From Perkinsus olseni (lineage: Eukaryota), in contig JABANN010000289.1 of assembly GCA_013115125.1 (NCBI GenBank), positions 1 to 42,387 on the forward strand: 42,387 nucleotides of DNA, given 5' to 3'. The notes beneath the pieces were generated by a model that made no database searches, had not been told where the DNA came from, and saw only the letters and a program-made list of their open reading frames with translations. Position numbers and translations under genes: made by a program. Positions 24,284 through 37,000 of the stretch are shown here, piece after piece. Every line of letters starts with the position of its first letter. Positions within the stretch are counted from its first letter, which is position 1.

Positions 24284-26545
24284 ATGGGGTCAGCCCCTTC
24301 CATAACGGAAAGGATTCTCTTCCCCGCGCCCCGGTCAAGCTATTCTGCGTCCACGCCCTCCCTGGTCTGGTCTAGGGACTGTAGAAACGGTAATGACAGG
24401 CCGTTTATGCTGGTGAGTTTGCACGAAGATGATAATTTTCCATCGCTTTTTTCAGCAGTTGGGGCGTTGGAAAGTTTTAGTGTAATAAAATGAGGAACTG
24501 CCGTAGAAACTTACATGGGCACATGTACGCGTTGGTTCGTACGCGAGGGATAAACTCTCCGAAGCTCGTGAGCGTATATCTGACAAAGATCCTTCGTAGT
24601 GCGACGGAGCCCATAGTGAGATACGATTCTATCACAGTCCCTGTGGCAGAGTGTCCTCTCTGACATCCGGAACTCGCCTTCGAGCGGACTCGTTTGTGTA
24701 GATACCCTCGGGAGGGAATGCTGGGCCGTTGACAGGCCCGGCTGTTATTTACTTGCATGGCAATGCTTGTGATCTTGGCCATGTGAGTAGGTGGGTGGAA
24801 TTATGAAACTAAATTTAGATTCTACAGGATGGACAGTATCTTAGCTCACCCGTGGCTTTGACGGGGTCATAAGATTCCTCGCGGTCCTCTGTGCGTTATG
24901 GAGTTTCGTACGAGTACCTGATTTTTATCCTTCACTGGACAGGTGCAATTCGAGCTGCAAGAATTAGCCAGAAAGATACGTGGCACTGTCCTCGGTGTCG
25001 AGTAAGTCGGTTTGGCTCCCTCATACAGTAGTCCCTCGATGACCTACGGCCTCGGACGCGTGTTGGAAGAGTGAGATTTTTGCTCTTGACCGCGCGCCAC
25101 GAAATAGGAGGGTGAAGACCCGTATTCTGCTGACCGGTATCTGAGTAGGACTCATTATTCGGTGACCTCTCGGTGTATCTTGCTCACCGTAATTGACTCG
25201 CTCGAGCTCAAGATACCCTGGTTACGGAGTATTGAACAATGGAGTGGACTCACCGACAGCTAAAGGAATACAAGAAGCGGCTGAGCATGCTTGCGAGTAT
25301 CTCACCAAGAAGCGGTGAGGTCGAGGGTGGCAACTTAACAGCTTGGTCACTTACAAGGTCCTGTACATCTGGAGTATTGGCTTATCTGCGTATGTCCCGG
25401 GCCTACGATCTACCAGGTCGCCTGTCATTGACGTTCAACAGGGCTCCATTAAGCAGCAGTGCTCCCCGAGGCCCAGTCGTATAGCGGTCTCTATATGAGC
25501 GATTTGTCTGCTCGGCCCTTATCCAGTGGTCTCATTTTCACATTCTACAATGGCCGAATGGAAGTGATCTGATTTTCGGCCGAGATTAACTGAAGTTTTG
25601 GTATGTACGCATGCACGCGTATCCTGTTCAGGTCAATTCCACCGAGCAGTATTTTCATTTTTGGTCGTTCTATTGGTTCTGGAGTAGCGGCCTCCCTAGC
25701 CTACTCGTTAGCTAGTGTTGGCACCTTCATTGGTGGTTTGATACTGCAGAGCCCGTATCTCAGTATTCATGACGTTGTTCAGGATTACTTCCCGCCCGGT
25801 AGGATGGGTATCTTCAGGTTGAATCAAGCATCAAGTGAGAAGTGCTCGTCTGGCGTCTCATTTTGCCTTGAGGAGAATTGCGACAGTATACTTTCATGCC
25901 CTGGTGTCGATGATGGAAGTTTCATTTGCTCACGTATCTTCTATGTGACATAGACTAAGGAGCGTCCATTTTTCTTAGGCAAATTCAAAATTTTTTCGTT
26001 TCTCGTCAACTAAGGGGAGTTTAGTCTTATGTCCGTCCAGCGGATGCAGTCTTTACTGTATTTTTTGCGATGCTTCTGTGAGAGCGTCATGGCATCTTCG
26101 TTAGGTAAGCTAATCATTTCTAATGAATGGGAGCCATCGAAGTGTCTGTCATCAACTGAGCTTGCCTCCACGCCGCTCCTCGTAATACACGGCAAATGTG
26201 ATGAGGTTATCAACGTAAGTCTCGATTCCGTGGGCCTCGTGGCGCGGCGGTCTTTTTTGTTGAGCCAATCGGATGGGATGCCGGATCGGATAAAATGCTT
26301 ATTCTCAACAGTGAAGTGTACTGTGATGGCGTTTAGGTCAGGCATGGCGAGGAGCTCTACGCTCTGGCGACCACTGCAAAAAAAAGAATCGTACTGCCTC
26401 CGAGAGCTACACACAATCAGTTTGATGTTTATGATGATGTTATCGGGTAGGAGTGCTACGATGGCATCACTGTTCTGATGGGCGTCATTCCCTTGGAAAT
26501 TTCGTCAGGAGTTCAATCTCCGAATTTTACAGTTGTATATCGTAA
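24284..26545 (+). CDS. Alpha/beta hydrolase, ABHD17/ABHD13-like (candidate depalmitoylase), ~8 exons
   Basis: MGSAPS..ILFPAPRSSY; VIYLHGNACDLG; GVEYPGYG; nucleophile FGRSIGSG; GLILQSPYLSI; LVIHGKCDEVINVRHGEELY; catalytic His in ATHN. Last exon (26509-26545) less certain. Confidence 0.88.
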
Positions 26546-26837
26546 AATTCGAGGGTTACAGTGTGTAACGTCAGCGACAGGGAGCTCCCTAATCTCTATC
26601 CTCATGAGTAGGCCTCCCATCTCCTGTTGTGAGTAGCCGGGGCGTGAGGCGAACGCGCTCTAGCAGAACTCAGACTACATGCCATGTAGTACATGGTGCT
26701 GTCACAGGACTGCTGTGGATAGCTGGGAGCTTGGCGGCCCCAAGTTGGCGCCATTAACTCATGGCGGGTTAATTTGTATCTGAAGGGGACAATGGCTGTT
26801 CAAGTTGTGGACGGCAGAACTGTGATTCCCACTGTAG

Positions 26838-27410
26838 ATGCGGCCTGGAAAAAAAATCAACACAAGTCGGCTGTCAACGACGAGAAGCCAGGGCGACCAC
26901 AGTGGTCGGACCACAGGACGTCAGCCAGGCACTTGGTTTCGCTCGATTAGGGGTTCACCTTGGCGTCCGCTAGGAATTATCACTAAATTTGGTAATGTGA
27001 AGATTGCTGTTGGGGAATACTCGGAGCTGCTCCGGCACAATTATGAGCTAGTCAAGTACTGCCAAGATCCCATGATGAACGGCTTTCAGACAGCGTTGCC
27101 AAGTGGCCTTACAGACCAATGGTCAGACCATGCATGCGTTGAATCTGTACTTGCCGTTGCTGGCGGATCATGAGATGGCTTCAAAAATCAATCGACGGCT
27201 TTCCTCATCCCACACGGGTGATAATAAATGCCGAGTAAGGTCATCTGTTTTTGCTACAGGACAGAGCAACCCCTTACGGCGTGAGGCTCATGCTGATGTG
27301 TTTAGAGCGAGAGGCTGCAGTGGGTAAGTGTGAGTGGCCGTCAACTCCCCTGACTTCAACCCGATCGAGAAATGCTGGTGGATGTTGAAGTCTCGTTTCT
27401 CTGAGACGCC
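26838..27410 (+). mobile_element. Degenerate Tc1/IS630-family DDE transposase fragment
   Basis: FLLQDRATPY (27248-27277; cf. FQQDNAPxH), then EWPS and, after a frameshift, NSPDFNPIEKCWWMLK (cf. WPxxSPDLNPIExxW). D-to-E spacing is about 35. Confidence 0.8.
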
Positions 27411-28855
27411 GAGTGAGATTATAGTAGGCCTAGCGAATTTCAAGAGCTGTGGGCTGAATAGTGAGCGACGTTGCATACCAAGATTCCGAAGTGACCATAA
27501 ATTGCCGCCGATTGATGCACTGCTTCCGCGAGAGGATGAAATTTCGAAGCCACGAAGGGCAACCCCTTGTGGCTCTCGGGCTAAGATCATCATGTAAATA
27601 AGATGCCGGGGGATTTGTTTCGGGGTTCTTGGTCCACTGGACTGTCCAATCTGTCTTTCGCTGAGGCCTCGGGTGGAGGCCATTTTTGCGTTTTACAATT
27701 CTGGAGTCTCCGTCTGCCATTCTCTAACTGAGAGGGGCATAGTGTTTCTGTATTCTACCAAATCTGCCACTGGGTGAGTTGCTCGGATAAGGCTGCTGAG
27801 CGCCGCTCTGCAAAAACCCTGCATGCATTGCAATCGTGTCTCCATTTCCTCAGGCCCATTGCCGAGTTCATCGGATCTCACCACAAGACTGCCTCCGGTG
27901 GCGGTGGTTGACGTCTCATCTGCATCACGTACAATCGAGCATTGCAAGCCTGATTAGGATTGATCGTTACATGAATCATTATACTTGTCAATTTCTCGCT
28001 CGCTAATTTGTGTAGTTTTATCCTGGAGCCTCTACTGTCTGTCACCTTCATGAGAGCCTTCCGACCCTCACCTGTGAGGTACCACCTGACGATGGACGGT
28101 TGTTAGACCACTCATGAATGGTCCAAGCTGGGCGAATCTGGTCACCGATCAATAGTAATTTTCCTACGGCATCCCAGCGACAAGGTGTGGCGCCTTCGTT
28201 GGCCTCTGGAGGATTGTGCCGTATGAGCAGCCTTGTTGTTCGGCATGCGTTTCAACGTTGAACTCGGCGAGTTTGCCGGCTGATTCCATCAGCTCAGTAT
28301 GAACGCAATCTAGGAAATCCTCAGGAGAAGTGAATAGTATCGCGGAGGGCCTCCTAACTGTCTTTACCAATAACCGAGGTCGCGTCCTCTGTAATAACCA
28401 ACAGAGCATGTTTTCGCATTAGCTATGGTTTGGTGGCAAGGTAAGTAGTGTTTCGAAGCATCATAGGCGTCGACTCCGTGAGACTCTTGTGACGACCACT
28501 TGAACCTCCACATCACTAGAAATTTGGGATCAATGGGTAGCTTCACAAGCAATCGGCGATGACCCTGTAGGTTCATCGCCGATTGCGCATTGTCCCATAC
28601 GGTAAAGTTGATATCGCTCACGTTTTTCTCTTCCGATCTCTTGACTGATCTAAGCTCATATGCTCTTTACAAAACGCTGGGCAGACGACTTGGGATAGCA
28701 GTAACTGATAATCAGTTTCCCCGGCCAGACTATTGACAAGGCGAACGTCAGCTTTATTCGATGGAAAAGACTCAGCCAAAGAGACTGATGCCCTGTACTC
28801 TCTACTAGAGAGTCTCTAGGTTGAGACGAACGTCACAACAAGTCGCCCCAGACAA

Positions 28856-29245
28856 TCAGCATTGTGTCAGAGCGAAGTTGAGCAGATTTACGACGTGGAG
28901 GTCCTTGCCGTCATAGTGGAGATGGGCGAGGTCAGAAGCCTTCAAAGGTGCACCGATTTTGGTGATCAGGTCCTGCAGCTTGATGGTGTCGGTGACCGTC
29001 AAGTCGCTTGTCGAAGCGTCGTACTTGTAGGGAACACCGGCCTCACTGCCGCTCTTTTCCGTACCCTTAGTGGGAGTCCACGAAGCCGAGATGTCGAAGG
29101 CTGTATCACTTGTGACAGTGACCTTGACAGTGCCTTTACCCTTAGATGGTATATCCGGGGACCCACAGTAGCTGCCTGATGGACGCCCAGCCTGGAGTAT
29201 GGCGTGAGCAACGAGGAGAACAATGACGCCGAAGAGGGTGCGCAT
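28856..29245 (-). CDS. Small intronless secreted protein, 129 aa, two cysteines
   Basis: Signal peptide MRTLFGVIVLLVAHAILQA, then PSGSYCG, a beta-rich body and a terminal Cys. Clean ATG-to-stop ORF with visibly C/G-ending codons. Confidence 0.85.
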   Translation of the reverse strand: MRTLFGVIVLLVAHAILQAGRPSGSYCGSPDIPSKGKGTVKVTVTSDTAFDISASWTPTKGTEKSGSEAGVPYKYDASTSDLTVTDTIKLQDLITKIGAPLKASDLAHLHYDGKDLHVVNLLNFALTQC

Positions 29246-29899
29246 TCAGCCGTGTGATTTTATGAACTGAAATTTGCACATTAGGAACGAGTAGAACTTT
29301 CATTTACAGCTGGCTACCATGACCAGACACTCCCCTTCTTGAAGAAGTATAAATTTCCGCCGGAAATTGTGCTGACTCGTTCCTGTTGTCTCCCCTCTGT
29401 CCCTCTACTGCATGGGAAGACCAGATCAACTGGACGGTTGGCGCGAATGCTGCCTCCTCAGCAGCCTCCAACTCGAGCCTTATGTGAAAGCTTCCTACTC
29501 TAAAACGGAATTTTGCGTTCGGTAGGTTCACAAGGTGATCGATGTTAGAGATTTTCATGGCCACTCTGTGCGGGAGCTAGCTTGTGGGCAGAGTCTGCCC
29601 ATAGGCGGGGACAGCGCTGAACTTGACAAGATGTGTCGTCCCGGATATTTTCGCTCACCGTTACAGGGATGTTAGTTGGTCATATATAGACTACGACCCT
29701 AGCCGTTCACTGCTGTGTTAGCCAGGTTGAGCGGCGCTGTTGCTCTCGTTCCCTAGGCCTCATGACTCAAACTGATGGCCTCTCGGATGCACTATAGTGA
29801 CAACTTCCTCCATTGCTGCTGAGTTTAATGAATCTCAAGGTCTACCTACATTTATTTTTTGAGCGCATGAATTCGCAGTAGTGTTCCGTGCTATAACCT

Positions 29900-32450
29900 A
29901 ATACAGTGTGGCACGGTGTAGCTATTTGTGACGGGGCTCAAAGTGAATTGGTGACATCGGACTGGAGAGGACTTTGGAGAGAACGTGTGTTTAGTAGCGT
30001 GACGAGTTATGCGCGCGATTGCTCGGATGATTGCACGCACCGAAAAGAAAATGCGCATGGAGCAAATGCGGGTAGCGACGTTGGGACTCATGGTTCGCAG
30101 CAGCCATGGTGGTGGTTTGTGTCACCGTAGTGCACTAGTGGGAGCGTCCAAAGCTAGCCAAGCTAGCCAGCTCAGCTTCGTAGGCACTCTAGAAGGTGTG
30201 TATCGCATCTCATGATCTACTGTTGGTGGGGTACCGCTTTCTCACGTAGGCTACGTGTCGAAGCTCCATATTTACCCATCACATGAATCGTTAAATTCTT
30301 TCTAGTCGTATCGGCGATTTCGTTCCGGAGACTAAAGTCGTTCGGGTCTAGGGTTGAGGACCTCAACTTGAGGTTGTATTCGCGCAAAAAGCCTCCTGAC
30401 TGTTTCGTGCGGGGATTACCAAGCTTCTCAATGTAGTTGAAAACGATTTGAATGGCTGCCGAGTTCCTGACTGAAGGTTGGGATACGCAAGATGAATTGA
30501 TGGTTGTGAGGCAGCCCCCTAACAAGTAATGTTATCGGCTGTTGTTGTGCTCGGCACAGCACAGCACTTGCCAACCGATTCTGGATTCAAGCGCCATACT
30601 ACGGAAGGGCAACACTTGTCGTCGGCCCTACATCGATACACCCGCAGTGATGGCGTATACGCGAGATGCAAAAACGAGCTCTATAGGACTGTGGCAACGA
30701 AGTGGATTACTCGGGTTGATCTGTTAGCTTCATCCAAGGGGTACTCATCAACTGAGTATCGATCCATAGTCATCTCGTATCTGCCTGAGTTGGATGTCTT
30801 CACTGTGGATTCCTCAGACTGACCCCAGTCGTCTCATGTGGTCAGGTGGATGTTCTGGGATCTCCCGACTGAGCTGTGGATATCCGAAATATCTCTCTAC
30901 CTACAGACAGTTCTTCCGAAAGGTATCGAGGACTCCAGGGTACTTCGTGGGTAAGTTGGTACGGAATATTGTACATCGATTTCGCTACGCCCTATTCGGT
31001 CGCTGCAGTGTAATATTCTGGTTGGTGTATGTGAGCCGCATTTGACTCCGCCCCTACCGCCGGGGGTATTACTGTAAAATTTTCGGAGGGTGCCTACGGA
31101 TTGATGCATGATGGGCTGAGCCGAGGAGAGCCCCCTTGTTGACACCATATGGCAGCGTTTACTACGATGCTTGTGTCGCGTTCCATCAGATGTTTTCTGG
31201 AGACGGCTCTCCCGGATTGTCTCATCTGGCGACCAGTCAAAGATTTACCGGGTAGGCTCGAAGGGGTGGTGCTCCACCGCGGGTGGACCACCGTTGGTCG
31301 TCTCGTTAGCTGCGTGTCACGCAGTGCGTGGTAAAGTTCTCTGTTTAAAGTTGGCATGCAATGCATGCCATGCATCGAGAGCCTCGGGACCTGGGTTTAG
31401 GGAACCCCCTGGTAGACTTGTCCCTTTCGCACTCCACGGTCCATCATGTAACCGTCGCGAGCCGTTTCGTCTTCAGTGAAAATTCTTCACTCCACGTCCG
31501 GGCCGGAGTTTCCAGGTGTAAAATATGATTTTAGCTGTTCTCCATAGGCTGGTAAAACACCTCGGATTCGCAGTCAAGCGCACTCGGGATAATGCATGCA
31601 TCCTGGAGGTCCCTGTGAACAAGGTCGTAGTTTCTGCAATGTGTGGTCGCTGCCTTGGCGAGATGGTCACTCTGCTGCACCCTGTTGCGGGCCTAGTAAG
31701 TATCTGGTCTGGGAATACCTACCATCTATGGGCAGTTCTGCCATCGCCATCGTACTGCAAAGATGTTACGTGAAGTTGGGCCGTGTCGCCGGGTTGTCCC
31801 CGATAATGCCAAGAATCTGAATGGCCCTGAAGTCAGCAAGGTATTGGATTAATATTACATAAGGATGGTCCACTCTAGTGAATATCATCCCCAAGGCAAT
31901 TCGCCTTCAGCGAGATGGCTACTCCGTCGCGATCTGTTGCGGGCCTCTACTTGCGGCTTCATGAATTACGATAGATGCTACTTCTGCGGCTTGGTGCATA
32001 ACCCCACTCTACTGCTGCAAGGAGTACGGAACGTTCCGAGCGTGACGCTCGGCAAGGCTAGTTCAAGGTGCAACGAGAACCACGGTGCCTCGTGTTGCAA
32101 GAGCGAATCCCCTTCTTCTCCGTCGATCCGGCTACGAATGCACTTGTAGCTATCAGCAGTGGGGCTTCTTTGTGGTTACATGCTTCATTCGCCCGAGAAA
32201 CCGCATCACCTCAGAATTGGTCATACTCTTTTCAACACGCAGTCGATGAACCTTGTTCAGTCTTCAACACCGGACAGTGTCAGTGTCTGTCACTGTCCAT
32301 TGGACAGTATCGCGATACGTTCCAGTCGCCTGACGTCCACCATTCCTCGGATTCTCACCAAACCCGGTTGGGCGAGAACGGTTGGGCCAACCGTTAGTAA
32401 CCGAATACACAAGAACACTTCAACGATTGCAGCGGAATCGGTTCAAAACT
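29900..32450 (+). mobile_element. Heavily decayed LTR retrotransposon pol (Ty3/gypsy order RT then integrase)
   Basis: Fragments in correct order across frames: MFWDLP and LQTVLPKGIEDS (~30850-30936; RT VLPQG), LVYVSRI (~31022; eroded YVDD), WRPVKDL (~31227), AHSG*CMHPG (~31578; integrase Zn finger), PSKYLVWEYLPS, VVPDNAKNL..VHSSEYHPQGN (~31793-31900; rve core). Boundaries approximate and no LTRs identified. Confidence 0.65.
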
Positions 32451-32704
32451 TCTAAGATGGATTGATTCAATCAATCCACTGTGAAATCTATCATTCTTGC
32501 TCCGTGCTGTAGGTGTTGGTGTGAAGCGTATCGATGATAAATGCATCGTAGCGATTGTGGCCTCCAAGGACTATCATGAGCATTTCCGTACCCGAGAAGA
32601 GGGGTATCGAGATCGGTAAGATGCGATACAGACTTAGTGTGTGCTCATCCGCATCTTTTAGATGGGAGGAGATGGCCCGTCATTTGGAAGATGAGATCAT
32701 ACCG

Positions 32705-33956
32705 TCATTGATCATTCACCGAAACTCTCCTCGGATGTAAGTGTCGGAAATGACGGTTCTCCGACTCGATGGAATTCCAGCCTTTTCCGTTCGCTTGCGT
32801 ATCTATCAAAGTCTTTGATTCAAAGATGATACAATCGTTGCAATTCACTACGCGTTTCTCCTCGCTGCCGTCCTCGCCTGTATCATCGTGCTCATATTGC
32901 GAGTACTCTACAAGATCATCTGTGATAGACAGTGGTCGATATTTCTATCGTGGATTTTCCCGCTCGCTCGCAGTCATTGCAGGGCATCTTGAACACTCTC
33001 AGGAGCATATTTCACATAAGCGAGTCTTTTCTGTGTTCATGACGCGACCGTCGCCTCCCGCCGGGCAGCATCGCTGTGGGTTTATGCTCATTAACTGCTC
33101 CTCTTCAGAACGCAAGAGTGGCTTGATTTCATCGGCTTCAATCTGCTGCCAAGGCCTCGAAGGTCGTACCTAGCTCCTCTGCCACCGTCTCCACTACAGC
33201 CACGTGAAACCGTCGTCTCTCGACCTTTGAGAGTTCGCCGTCCCCTAGCTGATGGTAAGCCTTCCATCTCACACCGTCCTATGGATGGAAATTTGCCATG
33301 AGTTTCATTGGAATTCATCTGGGAATTTTCCTTTGCTCTCGTGGATGCTTACATCCCTATCGTCATCAGTTCCGTTCAGCGTGAAGTAATATGTTGAAGT
33401 TAGCGATGTGCTGCCTACGGTCTCAATGACGAGTGCTAGTATTTGATTCACTCAAATGAAAAATGTCGTTGACATGTCCCACAATCTGATGCACCGCGAC
33501 CGGCCTCTCGCCAACTCTATCATCGTTGATCATCGCAAGGAGAGGCTGCTTGGCTTGATAGACTCTTATGATGGCGCGAATCTATCACACCCATTGTCAG
33601 CAATCGTTTCGTTATCGTTAAGCTGATGCATATATGAGGCAGGGCACACCTCAACTTTGAATACCTTTCAGATCCTGCATGGCGCGCTCGATCGAGGTCG
33701 CCCCGACGTTTTTCATACTAAAGCTTCTAGTCAGCGATATTGTCGAGTTGGCGGTCTGCCAGGGAGATCCCTTTGTATCAGCCTTGTCGCTTGGCCAACC
33801 GGCCGACCTGCGTACGGCAGAAAAAATTTTTTTCAGAGTAAGTTTATCGTTGTTTTCTTGCCGCAGAGAATTTTTCGTGCAAAAAGGTTTTGAAGCAAAA
33901 TGAGATACCTGTGAGTCGCAGCAAAATTTTCGCTGCACTGCTCTTATCATCCGCAT
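32705..33956 (-). CDS. Possible multi-exon hypothetical gene divergent from COG2
   Basis: Several open minus-strand segments bounded by AG/GT (e.g. IRAIIRVYQAKQPLLAMINDD..., VRPSRPWQQIEADEIKPLLRSEEEQL). No recognisable domain and I could not build a fully consistent model. Confidence 0.3.
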
Positions 33957-34042
33957 GCCTCACGATTGCTAATGAACTCGTCATTCCAATTTTGAGCGAA
34001 TTCCATTTGCATCCCGCTGGCTAACAGGTTTGTCAGTTTTCT

Positions 34043-37000
34043 ATGGCGGGTGTGGCGGTTCCTCTTTCCGAGTTTACAGAGCCGGGAGCAGATCCAGTGG
34101 CGATCATACAACGGTATCGACGCAGAGGGGTGTCGATGACGGACCTCGTGAAAAGCTTCACGCGCCACGAAAATAAGGTGGATTGGATCAGCTAGTCGCC
34201 GGTCTGTACATGTTTCTGTCAGATACAAGAGGAGCTCGTTCAGCTGATCAACGATCACTACAGCGAGTTTATCGGTCTGTCTACTAAAATGGAGGATGTG
34301 CGTGAAGCTGCAGCAACTGAGTCGTCCCGCACAGGTTCGATCCCCGGGCCCTCTATTCTAGGTATCACGCAAAACAGCTCGTCTACGCCCCCCTCTAAGC
34401 GCAGCACTGGAATCTTCTACGGCGTCGACTACAACGGTGAAGGGGATGGTCGGCGAGGCCGAGGCGCTCATGAAGGAGAAAGAAAAGATTAGACGCGAAC
34501 GATCAGTGAGGCGGGTGACGGAGCAAGGAAATCGGAAGGGAGAAGTTTCCTTTTGGTTTCTTAGCGAGCAAATAGTTCCGTTGTTTTCGAAAGAGCGATG
34601 ACTGTGATCTCCCCTTGGTCAATCGACTGCGGTCTGCGTACTATGAGCTCTGTTTCAAGCGTGGGTTTTTATAATCCAGTACACACGAGCAGTGTCCTTC
34701 GATCGCTTCGGCTTACTACATGATATGAACTGCGTCTATTCAATCGTACTTGATGATATCGTTGCGAGAAGTATCAGAAAAAAGGCGGGAAAGTCGCCAG
34801 TTATCTTTCAATTCTGTATATGACCGTCTCGACCTCAAGATTCTCCTTGTTTACAGGCATCAGTTCCCTCAGTTACTTCGTCTCTACAAAGACAACCGTG
34901 CATTATTATCGAAGATATCTGCTTGTTTGGCTGCTGCCTCGTCCCCCTCCAACGACCACCTCACCCTAGCTGGCTATGCAGCCCTCGAGAACAGCGCCAT
35001 CGAGCTCACGAGGATCGAACTGGCCTTGGCGGAGGCTCAGTCGATAACCTCCGCAGGTGAAGCCCTATTGAAATATGGTTCACTCTTTGAGCTGGACAAG
35101 TCCTCGAAAAAACTTGAAAACTTGCAATTTCTTAACGGTGCTCTCATTGTATAGATGCTTCGTCCCCAGGATTATACGTTGAGTGAATATTCTCATTCCT
35201 GCATGCCCCATACCACACATTTGTCAACTTTTTGTTGATTGTGTAGATACCTCTGGAGAGTCCGAAGCCACCAAGTACGCGGATAGCTTACGTGGCGACT
35301 TGACTACCGCACGCGATCAGCTTCACCAGACACTTTTGCAGGAGTAAGGCTTACTGAGTTAATCTTGCTTCACTTGCATTCCCTCAACTCAGGCTCAATC
35401 GTCTCCTGAAAGTATTCGCCGAGGCCCCGTCAGAAGACCCCTCTTCTGTATCGTCAATGTGCCTGATTGCCACCTGCAAGGGATTGGTGAGTCGGCCAAT
35501 TTCGTGGCGCGCGACATTTCTCTTTCCTCAGGTTAATCTGGGGCATACCAGTGACATTTGGAGTTCCGTTGTGAGCACTCTCGTTGAAGAGCAGCTGAAA
35601 GATATTGCCGGTGAGGACAGGTCCCCGGTTCGATCCCCGGTTGCAACATTTCCCCTTCGGTTTTTCAGCCGTTTGCATGAATTGTTAGTATCAGGTTCGG
35701 AGCAAGGCGGTCTGGCTGTGGCTTCCTCGGGAGCGGCAACCGCAGTTCTGCTAGCCCCGTACTTCGAGAAGGTGAAAGCAGTTTTCGGTAGTCAGACCAA
35801 CGCCTTGGCAAAGTTGAACGAGTGCCTGAAGGGTGTTGAAGGGTTGCATTTATTACCGGGTAAGAAACACCGCAGCCAGAGATCGAACCAGCGGTTGTTT
35901 GCATGGTTAATATGCCGCTTACCGACTGAGCTGGCTCGATTTGGAGTATTGGACATCATTCCTTCTCCAATGCGAGTATTCAGCTGCTAAGATATCTATA
36001 TGAGAAGATATCTTTTTGTAGCATAACTTGGATGAATCGGCATTAATTCAGTTCTCAGAGTGCCTCCTTCGGCCTGTCCTACTCGACGTTCAGCAGCGAG
36101 TCCCATCGGTTTTCATGCCAACCTACCCGGTTCAATTCGCTGAGAACTATGCTGCCGCGCAAGACTTCATAAGAGGAGTGGGAGCTGGTCACGAGCCCTA
36201 TCTTATGACGGTGAGGGTGCGATGTCCTTACTGGGTTCGAACTTGCGACCTTTATCTTAGGCGTCGTGGCTAACAGCATTTGAAGCAAAATGGAAGACCA
36301 ACGTGTAGGGATCAACGTGTCGGCTTGTCACCCCAGCTAGGTGGAATCAAATTTTTCAGCTATTTTTCATTACGGCAACGAGAAATTGCGCAGCAAGTCC
36401 GGAAGGAGCTATTCACAAGGCAGGACAACCCTTTGGCCATCCTGCGCTCTCAGGTGGGGATCTTTCGGGCAGTCTGCCGGAAGCATGCTTCAACCCTAGA
36501 TATGGAAGCACTCTGGGGCGCTGGCTGAATTGATGCCGCAGTTGATTCCGAGGTGCCTTCATCTCACCTGCGACCTTCTCTCGGCTTGGCAGGGCCACAT
36601 CAGCTCTCAAACGAAGTCAGGATCGACCGGTACGGAGACTACTGCCTCGCACGTCACACCCATATCATTCTTTCTGCCTCTGCCACGCTGCTACATTAGA
36701 TTCTTCTCAGATCCTGGTCTCGCTCTTTCATTTTGCAAGGACCTCTCTGCCGTGTCTAGTGAATTGGACCCTGATACAGTTGCTGGATTGGGGGCTGATA
36801 TCGTGAATATAGCGGGAGAGGAGATGGCAGATGGAGGTACATCATTCAGCTCACAGCGACTTCGGCGCCTACACAAGCGAATGAAGCTTCTCCTCGTTAT
36901 ATCTATCTCCATTCTAAGCAACACTGTTCGTGCAAAACAGTATTGAGAGTCGTTTCGATTCGATAATGATGAACTCACTCATTACTAATACAGAATTGAT

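Noticed and set aside
26558-26575. TA-CAGTGTGT as the left terminal inverted repeat of the Tc1 relic
   Set aside because: I found no matching right-hand inverted copy downstream.
27693-28621. Minus-strand ORF fragments between the Tc1 relic and the secreted gene
   Set aside because: They look like decayed coding sequence, but there is no recognisable motif or consistent gene model.
30217-31375. Apparent minus-strand exons with plausible splice sites
   Set aside because: Better explained as the antisense of the decayed plus-strand retrotransposon pol, whose motifs occur in the correct order.
33657-33915. Plus-strand segments as upstream COG2 exons
   Set aside because: An ATG at 34043 already gives a complete COG2-like N-terminus that splices in frame.
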